Shown piece after piece: positions 1 to 8,650 of a stretch of DNA of 64,000 bases (its first letter is position 1; each line of letters opens with the position of its first letter). The stretch is taken from positions 32,001 through 96,000 of the forward strand of contig JAXMNT010000007.1 in the NCBI GenBank assembly GCA_034670305.1, read 5' to 3'. The stretch comes from Deltaproteobacteria bacterium. Its GTDB lineage: Bacteria; Myxococcota_A; Polyangia; Polyangiales; Houyiibacteriaceae. The translations under genes were made by a program, and so were the position numbers. The notes below the pieces were generated by a model. It was given only the letters and a program-made list of their open reading frames with translations, had not been told where the DNA came from and searched no databases.

Positions 1-87
1 CATAGCAGAGGGTTTTCGACAGCGCGCACCACCGCCGGACGCTCCAAGATGTTGACCATCGCCGGTGTGCGCGGCAGGGGTGAATGC

Positions 88-1089
88 GTGCACCCTCCGA
101 TCTTCGTCATCTCGCCGCCGCGCGCTGGCTCCACGCTGCTGCAGCGCATGTTGGGCTCGCACGAGGGGATCTTCACCCACCCCGAGCCCCACCTCATCAC
201 CCCGCTCGCGTACTTGGGCTACCACGACCGGGTCGACGCCGCGCCGTACGACCACGTGAACGCGGCCGAAGCGATCCAGAGTTTCGTGGAGGGACTGCCC
301 GCGGGCGAACAAGACTACCTGGACGCGGTGCGCGCGTACGCCGACACGATGTACGGCCGCATGGTGTCCACCCGTCCGGGCACGCGCTTCTTGGACAAGA
401 CCCCTGCCTACGCATTGGTGCTTCCGTTCCTGACCAAGCTCTACCCGGACGCGTCGTACGTCGTCCTGACCCGTCATCCGCTCGCGGTGTTCAGCTCCTA
501 TGCGCAGAGCTTTTTCCACGGCGATTGGATCGCGGCCCATGCCTACAACCCGGTCGTCGAACGGTACGTGCCTGCGATGGCGGCGATGATCCGGGACCGG
601 CCGACCCCGCTCGTGCACGTGGCGTACGAGCGCATGGTGTCGGCGCCCGAAGCAGAGCTCGAACGCGTCTTCGCGTTCCTCGGGCTCGACAACGACCCCG
701 ACGCGGTGAACTACGGCAAGACGGAGATGAAGGCCGGCATGGGCGACCCCATCAACGTCGGCCGCCACGATCGACCGACCACTTCCAGCAAAGAGAAGTG
801 GGCGCTCGAGCTCCGGGACGACCCGGCCAAGCGCGCGCTGGCCGAGTCGATGATCGCGAAGTTGAGCGACGCGGATCTCGAGGCGTGGGGATGGCCGCGC
901 GACTCCGTCTTCGACCCGCTCGACAACGTCGGCGACGGACCCGCGCCGAAGCCGGTGCTCAACAAGTACACGATGCAACGGCGGGTGATGCTCGCGCTCC
1001 GCAAAGGCGTCCACGCGCGCCCCGAGGGCGTGCAGCTACTGAAGCGCGTCCGCTACTACGTCGACGTCCTGCTCCGCGACCAGCTCTAG
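88..1089 (+). CDS. Sulfotransferase family protein (PAPS-dependent)
   Basis: 5'-PSB motif ISPPRAGSTLL, FLDKTP and 3'-PB-like RHPLAVFSS. Start is GTG 88 or ATG 49. Confidence 0.85.
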   Translation: MHPPIFVISPPRAGSTLLQRMLGSHEGIFTHPEPHLITPLAYLGYHDRVDAAPYDHVNAAEAIQSFVEGLPAGEQDYLDAVRAYADTMYGRMVSTRPGTRFLDKTPAYALVLPFLTKLYPDASYVVLTRHPLAVFSSYAQSFFHGDWIAAHAYNPVVERYVPAMAAMIRDRPTPLVHVAYERMVSAPEAELERVFAFLGLDNDPDAVNYGKTEMKAGMGDPINVGRHDRPTTSSKEKWALELRDDPAKRALAESMIAKLSDADLEAWGWPRDSVFDPLDNVGDGPAPKPVLNKYTMQRRVMLALRKGVHARPEGVQLLKRVRYYVDVLLRDQL

Positions 1090-2459
1090 GTCGCGCCGGC
1101 TGCCTTCAGGGCGGCGTCCACCATGACTTGGTGTTGCGCGGGGTCGGCCCAGCGTTTCTGGGCGGCCTCGGACAAGAGGTCGACGGGGTCGAAGTAGAGG
1201 AAGAACTTGCCCGGCTTCACCGACGGCGCCGTGTAGACGCTGATGCCAGTCTCCCGGTCGTAGTGTTCGTAGCTGTGCACGCTGCGCTTGCCGCCCCCAC
1301 CAGGCGCATCGACGACGAACGTCGGCGTGTTGAAGCCGGCGGTGGTCCCGCGCACGAACTTCTCGAGGTCCGCGGCCGTCTGGACGGTGGTGCGCAGCTC
1401 TTCGACACCCTTCACGAGATCGTGTTGGTAGACGTAGTACGGATGCACGTTGATCCACGCGCAGCGACGCGCGAGCAAGGTCTGGGTCTCGACGCTGTCG
1501 TTGACGCCACGCTGGAGCACCGACTGGTTCCGCACGTGCACCCCCTCCGACATGAACCGCGCCATCGCGCGTGCCGTGATCTCGGTGATCTCGTTGGGGT
1601 GGTTGAAGTGGGTGTGGAGCATCACGTCCTTGTGAAGCTCGCGTCCGCGGTGCACGACGCCGACGAAGGCTTTGAACCACTCGTCGTCGGTCAGCGCCTT
1701 CTGCGGCATCACAGCGGGTCCCTTCGACGCGAAGCGCATCCGGCGCACGTGTGGGATGTCGAGAAGCCGATGACCCAGCGTCTCGATCTGAGACGCCTTC
1801 AAGTTCCACGCATCGCCCCCGGAGATGACGATGTCTTCGAGCTCTGGGCGCGACGCGATGTACGCGAAGATGACGTCCCACCGTTTCGGGCTCGCCTTCA
1901 AGCTGACCTTCTCGACCATCTCCTGGTCCGGGCCGACCGCGTACGAACGGGTGCAGAAGCGGCAGTAGACCGGGCAGGTGTCGAGCGCGAGAAAGAGCGC
2001 CTTGTCTGGGTAGCGGTGGGTCAGACCGGGCACCGGTGCATCGCCCTGCTCGCCGAGAGAGTCGAACGTGAGCTTCGGATGATCGGCCAGCCGCGTGGAG
2101 GCGACGGGAATGAACTGGCGACGGATCGGATCGTCGTACGGGTTCTCCCAGTCGATGAGGCTGAGCATGTACGGGGACACCCGCACCGCCATCGGCGCCT
2201 TGGCGAAGCCGGCTTCGGCATCTTGTAGAAACGCATCACCGACGAGACCACTCACCGCTTGCAGCAACTTCGCCGCCTTGGTGATCGTGTGTTTCATCTG
2301 CCATCGGTGGTCGAGGAAGGTGGCTTCGTCTACGTCCGCGAACGCCGGAATCGACTGCCAGAACAGCCCATCGCGCAAGTCGCGGTGCGCCAAGGTCTCG
2401 GGGGCCACGGCCGGCCGCGCCGTCCGCTCTTGTTGGATCACCGGAAGTTCTTCACCCAT
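1086..2459 (-). CDS. KamA-family radical SAM aminomutase (lysine 2,3-aminomutase-like)
   Basis: GLTHRYPDKAL, CPVYCRFC (CxxxCxxC), ISGGD, HFNHPNEI, NQSVLQRGVND, VVDAPGGGGK (PLP lysine). Start is ATG 2459 or 2477; the longer ORF start at 3260 overlaps the opposite-strand gene. Confidence 0.9.
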   Translation of the reverse strand: MGEELPVIQQERTARPAVAPETLAHRDLRDGLFWQSIPAFADVDEATFLDHRWQMKHTITKAAKLLQAVSGLVGDAFLQDAEAGFAKAPMAVRVSPYMLSLIDWENPYDDPIRRQFIPVASTRLADHPKLTFDSLGEQGDAPVPGLTHRYPDKALFLALDTCPVYCRFCTRSYAVGPDQEMVEKVSLKASPKRWDVIFAYIASRPELEDIVISGGDAWNLKASQIETLGHRLLDIPHVRRMRFASKGPAVMPQKALTDDEWFKAFVGVVHRGRELHKDVMLHTHFNHPNEITEITARAMARFMSEGVHVRNQSVLQRGVNDSVETQTLLARRCAWINVHPYYVYQHDLVKGVEELRTTVQTAADLEKFVRGTTAGFNTPTFVVDAPGGGGKRSVHSYEHYDRETGISVYTAPSVKPGKFFLYFDPVDLLSEAAQKRWADPAQHQVMVDAALKAAGAT

Positions 2460-2593
2460 GGGCCCGGTAGAGCACATCTCCAGAATGCGCGCGAGTCGAT
2501 CCGTGCGCAGGCGCGTCTCTCGGATCGACTTTCCGGACCTGGTGTCATCCGAGATGCCGGGAACAACCCGGGGCGCGGGGCGTACCAAACTGC

Positions 2594-3760
2594 GTGGTCC
2601 AGCCACCCACTCCGCACGCGGTCTGCCTCTTGTGGGCGATGACTGCTTGTGCGGTTCCGCTGCGCGAGGTCGAGGTCTGTGCGCCGGTCGCCGAGTCGAC
2701 ATCGGACGAAGAGGGGTTGTTCGGCCTCGAACTCGGACTCGAGGACCTGCCGCTGGGCCGGACGGTGGTCGCGATTCAGATCGTCGGCAACGAGGCGGTG
2801 TCCTCCGCCACGGTTCGGCGCTCGATCGAGACTTCGATCGGCGATGGGTTCGACGAAACGAGCGTCGCGGCGGATGTGCGTCGCCTCTGGAGGCTCGAAG
2901 TGTTCGAGGACGTCCACGTGCGTGCGGTGCGATCGGGCGAAGGCGTGAAGCTCGTCTACGAAGTCGCGGAGCGTCCCGTCGTGTCCGCGGTCCAGGTCGC
3001 GACTGGCCACGACGCGACCTCGATGATCGATGACCGGGAGGCGGCACCGTTCCGCGCCTTGCCCGGCGCCATCTTCGATCCGGCGCGGATCCGTCGCATG
3101 GAAGCGCGGGCGGAGCATGGGCTGAACCGGCTTGGTCATCTTCGGCCGCGGGTCGCGGTGCACGCAACGCGCACGGACGCAGCGGTGCAACTCTGCGTCG
3201 AGCTGCAGGCCGGTCCCCGCCACCGCATCGAATCCATCGAGTTCGACGTGGCCGACGCATCGGAGGCCGCGCTCCCGGCAGGTACCGCAGTGATCGACGA
3301 GCTACGGCCCTTGCTCGGTGGCGACGAGGTGAATGTGGTCGGCGGCATCTACCGCCCCGACTTGATGGAAGAAGCGAGGGCCCGGGTGCTCGCCGCGCTC
3401 TACGAACGCGGTCGGGTGTCGGCGTTCGTGGGGGAACCGGAAGTCGACGTGGGCGACGACGTGGTCACGGTGCGGCTGCCGCTCACGTTGGGTGCGTCGT
3501 ACCGCATTCGTCGTGCGGAGGTCGTGGGGGCGGAACCGCTGGACGCGGTGGAGGCGCTCGTCGGCGAGCTGTTCGTTCGCAGCGAGGTCATGTCCGCGCT
3601 GGAGCGGGTTCAGGCACGCGAGCGCAGCGGCGGCCGCGCGGTGGTGGTCACACCAGAAACGACGCTCGAGGTGGTGCAGGGGGAGGGCCTGGTGGACCTC
3701 CGGTTCGTGGTCGACGACCCGCCCGATGAGCGGGAATCAACCGAGGCACGCACTCCGTGA
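2594..3760 (+). CDS. POTRA-domain putative lipoprotein without a beta-barrel
   Basis: Lipobox-like LLWAMTAC. BamA-type POTRA signatures VVAIQIVGNEAVS...DVRRLWRLEVFEDV...YEVAERPVV and LYERG...GEPEV. The ORF ends with no barrel. Confidence 0.65.
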   Translation: MVQPPTPHAVCLLWAMTACAVPLREVEVCAPVAESTSDEEGLFGLELGLEDLPLGRTVVAIQIVGNEAVSSATVRRSIETSIGDGFDETSVAADVRRLWRLEVFEDVHVRAVRSGEGVKLVYEVAERPVVSAVQVATGHDATSMIDDREAAPFRALPGAIFDPARIRRMEARAEHGLNRLGHLRPRVAVHATRTDAAVQLCVELQAGPRHRIESIEFDVADASEAALPAGTAVIDELRPLLGGDEVNVVGGIYRPDLMEEARARVLAALYERGRVSAFVGEPEVDVGDDVVTVRLPLTLGASYRIRRAEVVGAEPLDAVEALVGELFVRSEVMSALERVQARERSGGRAVVVTPETTLEVVQGEGLVDLRFVVDDPPDERESTEARTP

Positions 3761-4974
3761 AGACCTTCCGGCTCGCGCTCGTGTTCGCGCTGGCGTGCGT
3801 GCATGCACCGCCGCCGCGGTCGTTCACGCCGCAGGAGCAGATGGGCGGCCTCGTGATCGAAGAGATCTTCACGCGGTGCGCCCCGCCCCTCGAAGGCGCG
3901 CTCGAGGCGTACGTGCGGTCGGTGGGGGAGCGGCTTGTGCGCGCGGTCGACGACCCCACCCGTGACTGGAAGTTCCGCGTGCTGGACCTGGACACCGTCA
4001 ATGCATGGGCGGCGCCCGGCGGCCGGGTCTTCGTGACGCGCGGGTTGCTCGTGCACTTGAGTTCCGATGCGGAACTGGCAGCGGTGCTCGCGCACGAGAT
4101 GGGCCACGTCGTCGCTGGGCACGGGCGCGACTTCTTGACCGAAGCGCCCCCCACCTCCGAGTACACGCCAAGCTTGCTCGCCCGCGCCGCCGTCTTCGAT
4201 CGAGACGAGGAGCGGCAAGCCGACGAGATGGCGGTGCGGTTCATGGAAGCCGCCGGGTACGATGGTCGGGCGATGTCGTCCATGCTGCGCGCGCTGCATC
4301 GGGGCGCAGCGCCATCCCCGACGTCGCCCAACGAGCACGGGTGGGCGCGCCGCCATCCTCCGCTCCCGGTGCGACTGGCGCGGGCCGAGCGCACCGCGCG
4401 CCCTGGCGGAGATGTGGACGTCGAGGTGCACATGCAGGCGATCGATGGCCAGATCGTACAGCGTGCGGTCGAGACCCGACCCACGCAGAGTACGATCGGC
4501 ACCGCCTTCGTCGAACCCATCACCGGCTGGTCGTTGCCGCACACCAACGGATGGGCGAGCCCCGGGCCCACCTGCGGAGTGCGGCTGCACGACGGAACGT
4601 TCTTCACGTACGGCCATGCGGCCGAACCTCCGGGCAGGTTGATTCGGCCGGGCGTTTGGATCCGCCGGGTGGAGGGGCTGGAAGGCGCCCTGCTCACCGT
4701 CGTGGTGGCGCACGAGTCGCCCGTCGTCCTCGAGTTCTATCGTTCAGGGCCGGACGCCGAGGCGGTGCTCCTCGCTTGGGTGGCCACCGGTTCGGTGCGG
4801 GTGCCGGTGGCTGGGGTGCGGGTATCCGTTCGGGCCACCACCTCGCCAGATGCCACAGTGGTCTGTGCGCCTGAGCCGCTCGGCACGTTCGACCCGCGCG
4901 TCACGGCCGCGCTCAACGGCGATGCTTCGGGCTGGATCAAGTGCGCCTACCGCGTCGCCAACCTCAACCACTAA
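3757..4974 (+). CDS. M48-family Zn metalloprotease lipoprotein (BepA/YfgC-like N-terminal domain)
   Basis: Lipobox FALAC, VNAWAAPGGRVFVTRGLL, ELAAVLAHEMGH (HExxH), ERQAD. GTGA overlap with the upstream stop. Confidence 0.85.
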   Translation: MKTFRLALVFALACVHAPPPRSFTPQEQMGGLVIEEIFTRCAPPLEGALEAYVRSVGERLVRAVDDPTRDWKFRVLDLDTVNAWAAPGGRVFVTRGLLVHLSSDAELAAVLAHEMGHVVAGHGRDFLTEAPPTSEYTPSLLARAAVFDRDEERQADEMAVRFMEAAGYDGRAMSSMLRALHRGAAPSPTSPNEHGWARRHPPLPVRLARAERTARPGGDVDVEVHMQAIDGQIVQRAVETRPTQSTIGTAFVEPITGWSLPHTNGWASPGPTCGVRLHDGTFFTYGHAAEPPGRLIRPGVWIRRVEGLEGALLTVVVAHESPVVLEFYRSGPDAEAVLLAWVATGSVRVPVAGVRVSVRATTSPDATVVCAPEPLGTFDPRVTAALNGDASGWIKCAYRVANLNH

Positions 4975-5075
4975 GAATTGTCAGGTCCTCAGGCGCGGTC
5001 CGGGTTGGGGCCGACGCGTGCGTCAGGCGGCGCTGGGGGGTTGCTCCTGGGCGCCTGCGGCCATAGCGTTCGGGC

Positions 5076-5993
5076 ATGGATGACACCAAGTCGCGCATTT
5101 CCCAGATGGTTCAGGAACACCCGGTCGTACTGTTCATGAAGGGCAACCGAGGTGCGCCCCGCTGTGGTTTCTCGGCCAAGGTGGTCGGAACGCTGGACGA
5201 GTACCTGCCCGACTACGTGACCGTGGACGTGCTGGAGGATCCCGCCGTGCGCGAGGGCATCAAAGCCTTCTCGAGCTGGCCGACCATTCCGCAGCTCTAC
5301 GTGAAGGGTGAGTTCGTCGGTGGCTGCGACATCGTCACCGAGATGGCCGAGAACGGCGAACTCGATGAGGTCCTCGGCATCAAGCGCGCGGAGATCGCGC
5401 CGCCGGAAGTCTTCGTCACCCCGGCGGGCCTCGAAGCCCTCCAGAAGTTTCACGAGGGGGAGGGCGCGCCGTGCATCCGTCTCGACATCAACGCCGCATG
5501 GCAATACGGCATGGACTTCGACGCGCCCAAGGGGAGCGACGTGGTCGTCGACGGCGGCGCGTGGAAGGTCGTGATGTCCCGCGCATCCGCCCTCCGTGCG
5601 AACGGTCTGACCATCGACTTCGTGGACAACGCCGGGGGCGGCGGGTTCAAGATCGACAACCCGAACGAGCCGCCCAAGGTGAAGCTGCTCGAGCCGGCCG
5701 AACTCAAGGCGTGGATCGACGGCGGCAAACCGTTCGAGTTCTTCGACGTGCGGGGCACCGACGAGCGCGAGGTCGCCAAGATCGAAGGCGCGATGATGCT
5801 GGACCCGGCAGGTCAGAAGTTCCTGCGCGCGCTCGACCGGCAGAAGACCTTGGTCTTCCATTGTCACCACGGCATGCGCTCCCAGCGCGCGGCCGAGATG
5901 GCGCTCCAGATGGGCTTCACCGACGTGCACAACCTCGCGGGCGGCATCGACGCCTGGTCCCGCAAAGTCGACAGCACCATCCCGCGCTACTGA
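5076..5993 (+). CDS. grxD: Monothiol glutaredoxin fused to a HesB/IscA-like domain and a rhodanese domain
   Basis: FMKG..PRCGFS, WPTIPQLYVKGEFVGGCDI; middle domain ending GFKIDNPN; C-terminal DVR...CHHGMRS...NLAGGIDAW. Confidence 0.85.
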   Translation: MDDTKSRISQMVQEHPVVLFMKGNRGAPRCGFSAKVVGTLDEYLPDYVTVDVLEDPAVREGIKAFSSWPTIPQLYVKGEFVGGCDIVTEMAENGELDEVLGIKRAEIAPPEVFVTPAGLEALQKFHEGEGAPCIRLDINAAWQYGMDFDAPKGSDVVVDGGAWKVVMSRASALRANGLTIDFVDNAGGGGFKIDNPNEPPKVKLLEPAELKAWIDGGKPFEFFDVRGTDEREVAKIEGAMMLDPAGQKFLRALDRQKTLVFHCHHGMRSQRAAEMALQMGFTDVHNLAGGIDAWSRKVDSTIPRY

Positions 5994-6008
5994 GGCTTTT
6001 TCCTGGCA

Positions 6009-6044
6009 CTACGGGCCTGGCTCGCTTCGCGAGACTGGCGGCCC
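6009..6044 (+). repeat. 36-bp palindromic intergenic repeat, copy 1
   Basis: CTACGGGCCTGGCTCGCTTCGCGAGACTGGCGGCCC, identical in four places. Internal hairpin CTCGC-TTC-GCGAG. Confidence 0.95.
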
Positions 6045-6235
6045 TAATTCGCGCCCGTCGCTGCCTGCACGTGCTCGCCGCCCATTCTCTGGTGCACTGA
6101 AGAAGCACTGGAGACTTCTGGCGGCTGCGCGCGTCCAGGCGCTCCTTGAGGCGCTCTGTGATCACTTGGAAGTGCACCAGTTGCTCGGCCTTCGGCCTGC
6201 GCAGGTGCACTTGTCGGTGACGCTTTCTTTCCGCA

Positions 6236-6271
6236 CTACGGGCCTGGCTCGCTTCGCGAGACTGGCGGCCC
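6236..6271 (+). repeat. 36-bp palindromic intergenic repeat, copy 2
   Basis: Exact match to copy 1. Confidence 0.95.
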
Positions 6272-6363
6272 GCCGCCGTTCACCTGGTGAGACGCACTCC
6301 ACTTGATTCCGCGCCACGTTGGTTTGGTGAATGGGGTGCGGAGAAGGTGGTATGGTCCGCGGC

Positions 6364-7065
6364 ATGAGCCTCGCAGCGCTGCTCGTCGCCACGCCCATCT
6401 TTGGATTCTCCCTCTCGCTGGACCCCAGCCTCGTCACCGGACCTTCCATGGCCGGCGTCGTCGCGGTGCAAGCCATGGAAGAGGCGGAGGAGGAAGCGGC
6501 TGAAGCCGACGACGGTCGACCCCGTCCGGCCACCCTCGCCGAACAGATGCAGCAGCGCGGCCGGATTTCCAAGTTCCACCGGTGGCTCGGCATCGCGACC
6601 TGGGCTTCGATGACGCTCACCGTCCTTCTCGGCATCTTCCAGTGGCGGAACTTATACGGCGCCCGCGAGTTGGGAGACACGCCCTGCGTGCAGGGCGATG
6701 CGATATTCGGGATGAATGCGTGCGTGCGACAACCCGTACCGCATTTGGTGAGCTCGATCCTCACGACCTCGCTCTACACGGTGACGTTCGGCCTCTCGCT
6801 GCGCATGCCCGATCCGATGAACCTGTCCGAAGGCGACAGCGAATACGCACGCAACCTGAGGCGGCACAAACGCCTGCGGTGGGTGCACGTCATCGGGATG
6901 ATCGCGCAACAGGTGCTCGGTGTCGTGATCACCAACGCGGACAGCTTCGGACTCTCCCGCGCCAACGACTACGGAACGCTGCGGGCGCTCAGTACGATCC
7001 ACTTCGCGATCGGCATGGTCACCTACGGCGCGTTGACGTGGGCCGGCGTCATATTCGCATTCTAA
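6364..7065 (+). CDS. Membrane protein with an N-terminal signal-like segment and about 4 His-bearing TM helices (cytochrome b561-like?)
   Basis: Hydrophobic segments carrying His: FHRWLG, PHLVSS, RHKRLRWVH, IHFAIG. Start is 6364 (alternatives 6352, 6331). Confidence 0.6.
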   Translation: MSLAALLVATPIFGFSLSLDPSLVTGPSMAGVVAVQAMEEAEEEAAEADDGRPRPATLAEQMQQRGRISKFHRWLGIATWASMTLTVLLGIFQWRNLYGARELGDTPCVQGDAIFGMNACVRQPVPHLVSSILTTSLYTVTFGLSLRMPDPMNLSEGDSEYARNLRRHKRLRWVHVIGMIAQQVLGVVITNADSFGLSRANDYGTLRALSTIHFAIGMVTYGALTWAGVIFAF

Positions 7066-7071
7066 CTGGCG

Positions 7072-7107
7072 CTACGGGCCTGGCTCGCTTCGCGAGACTG
7101 GCGGCCC
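7072..7107 (+). repeat. 36-bp palindromic intergenic repeat, copy 3
   Basis: Exact match. Shares the extension TAATTCGCGCCCGTCGC with copy 1. Confidence 0.95.
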
Positions 7108-7157
7108 TAATTCGCGCCCGTCGCAGGTGCACGAGTGGTGTCGCTTTCTAACTGACG

Positions 7158-7193
7158 CTACGGGCCTGGCTCGCTTCGCGAGACTGGCGGCCC
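7158..7193 (+). repeat. 36-bp palindromic intergenic repeat, copy 4
   Basis: Exact match. Abuts the stop codon of the convergent minus-strand gene. Confidence 0.95.
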
Positions 7194-8650
7194 TAATCGC
7201 CTGGGCGTTCGTACATGCGCCAGCCGATGCGGCGCTCGAGATCGTCGAGGTTCTCCGGGAAGGCGCCGCGGCCCGAATCGTCGAGGTGCTCGGGTGCCGT
7301 CCGCCAGGTTCCGGTGAGGGTGTGTGCGGCGGCGTCGTAGACCCAGTAACCGTGTTCCGCGTGGCCCAGTAGGTAGATGTCGCCTGCACCCGCGGCGGGC
7401 ACGAGGTGAAGGTCGCTCCTCGGCAGCCGCATTCGACGGGCCCCGATTTCGATCTCTGGGCCACTCCCCGCCGGAAGATGCCGGGCGTGCAACGTGCGTC
7501 CTTCGATCCGAACCGCAGAGGTCGCGCGGAGCTGCCAGTCGCCGCCTTCGAGCAGGGCGCCGCCTGGGAACCAGACAGCGGTGTTGATCATGGAGACGCC
7601 CCACCGGTGCGAGGTCCAGGGCGCCGGTTGCCGAGATGCGGGGAACTCGAGACGGCAGAGCTCGAGCGAGTCGTGCGCCACGCCCACCAGTGGGTAGGTG
7701 CCCCTGCGTCCCGCGGGACTCAGGAACGAGGTGCCTCCGGCGGTGAATCGGTACTCGCCGAGCCCACGAGGCAAGCGGGCGCCCGCGTCGCCGATGAGTT
7801 CTCCGATGGAGTTTCGGTGAAACGCCTCGCCGCCGATCGCGCATACGAAGTCGCCGTGCCGTCGGAGGGCCTGGTCTCGGCCGACGATGGCGTAGTGCAT
7901 TTCCATCTCGTCCTGGTTGCGGAGCGTCTCGAACGCTGCGTCCGATTCGCCCGGGAGCGTCCCGGTGACGGACCCGAGGAAGACGAACAAGACGGTGCCG
8001 TCGGTCGACAGGTACGCGCCTTTCGGGGGCCGTGGCGGGACCACCTGCAGGAGGATGTTTCCGAGCGCGTCCACCACCGCCACCCGCCGATGGGTGAGCA
8101 CCGCCGCCCGGAGACCGCCCCGATCGAACTCGGCCGCATCGAGCCGAGCCCCGAGTGAGATTCGGTGACCCGAAGCATCGTGGAGCTGGGCCTCGCGCGG
8201 TTCGTTGACGACCCAGCGATCACCGAAGGGTGAAGCCGCGAGCAGATGAACCTCGCCAAGGGTGTGGATCAGGGTCTGCATCTCGACCCGTCCGTTGCGG
8301 CGGACGAATGCCCAGTCCCCCCGGGGTCCCCAGTGAAGCACCCGCCCCAGCCGCATCTCGACCCCCGAGAGTCGTTCGAAGACCAAGGGTACGGGCGGCG
8401 GCACCGGCGTTCGCTCCAGCACGCATTCCGGGAGGGACGGAAGGTCGACGGGGGGAGGCCGGGCTTGGTGTTCGGTCGCCTGCAGGATGCTGCGGGGTTC
8501 GACGGTCGGACTCGGTGGTGGCCGTTGCTCGGCAGACGTCGGTTCGGGGGTTGTGCAGCCAAGCACCGCCAGCAGCCAGAGCCCAGCGCGCGTCGCGAGT
8601 CCACCAGGTCTGGAAGACCAAGGAGAACGCGGTCCGCGCGCATGCGTCAC
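7193..8650 (-). CDS. Hypothetical lipoprotein, beta-rich (propeller-like)
   Basis: GTG 8650 overlaps the upstream TGA. Lipobox LLAVLGC, then a Pro-rich linker and beta-strand-like repeats. Confidence 0.55.
   Translation of the reverse strand: MTHARGPRSPWSSRPGGLATRAGLWLLAVLGCTTPEPTSAEQRPPPSPTVEPRSILQATEHQARPPPVDLPSLPECVLERTPVPPPVPLVFERLSGVEMRLGRVLHWGPRGDWAFVRRNGRVEMQTLIHTLGEVHLLAASPFGDRWVVNEPREAQLHDASGHRISLGARLDAAEFDRGGLRAAVLTHRRVAVVDALGNILLQVVPPRPPKGAYLSTDGTVLFVFLGSVTGTLPGESDAAFETLRNQDEMEMHYAIVGRDQALRRHGDFVCAIGGEAFHRNSIGELIGDAGARLPRGLGEYRFTAGGTSFLSPAGRRGTYPLVGVAHDSLELCRLEFPASRQPAPWTSHRWGVSMINTAVWFPGGALLEGGDWQLRATSAVRIEGRTLHARHLPAGSGPEIEIGARRMRLPRSDLHLVPAAGAGDIYLLGHAEHGYWVYDAAAHTLTGTWRTAPEHLDDSGRGAFPENLDDLERRIGWRMYERPGD

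Noticed and set aside
1086..1089. Convergent genes sharing a CTAG stop (also 42680-42683)
   Set aside because: A common overlap in compact genomes; it implies no functional link.
2460..3260. Long N-terminal extensions on ORF-track calls (KamA; likewise nrdR, the SRPBCC fusion, MscS, crotonase, TolC)
   Set aside because: They overlap real genes on the opposite strand and are open only because stop codons are rare at this GC content.
6009..7193. 36-bp repeats as a CRISPR array
   Set aside because: The gaps are 191, 800 and 50 bp, the first and last are homologous to each other, one contains a gene, and there are no cas genes in the window.
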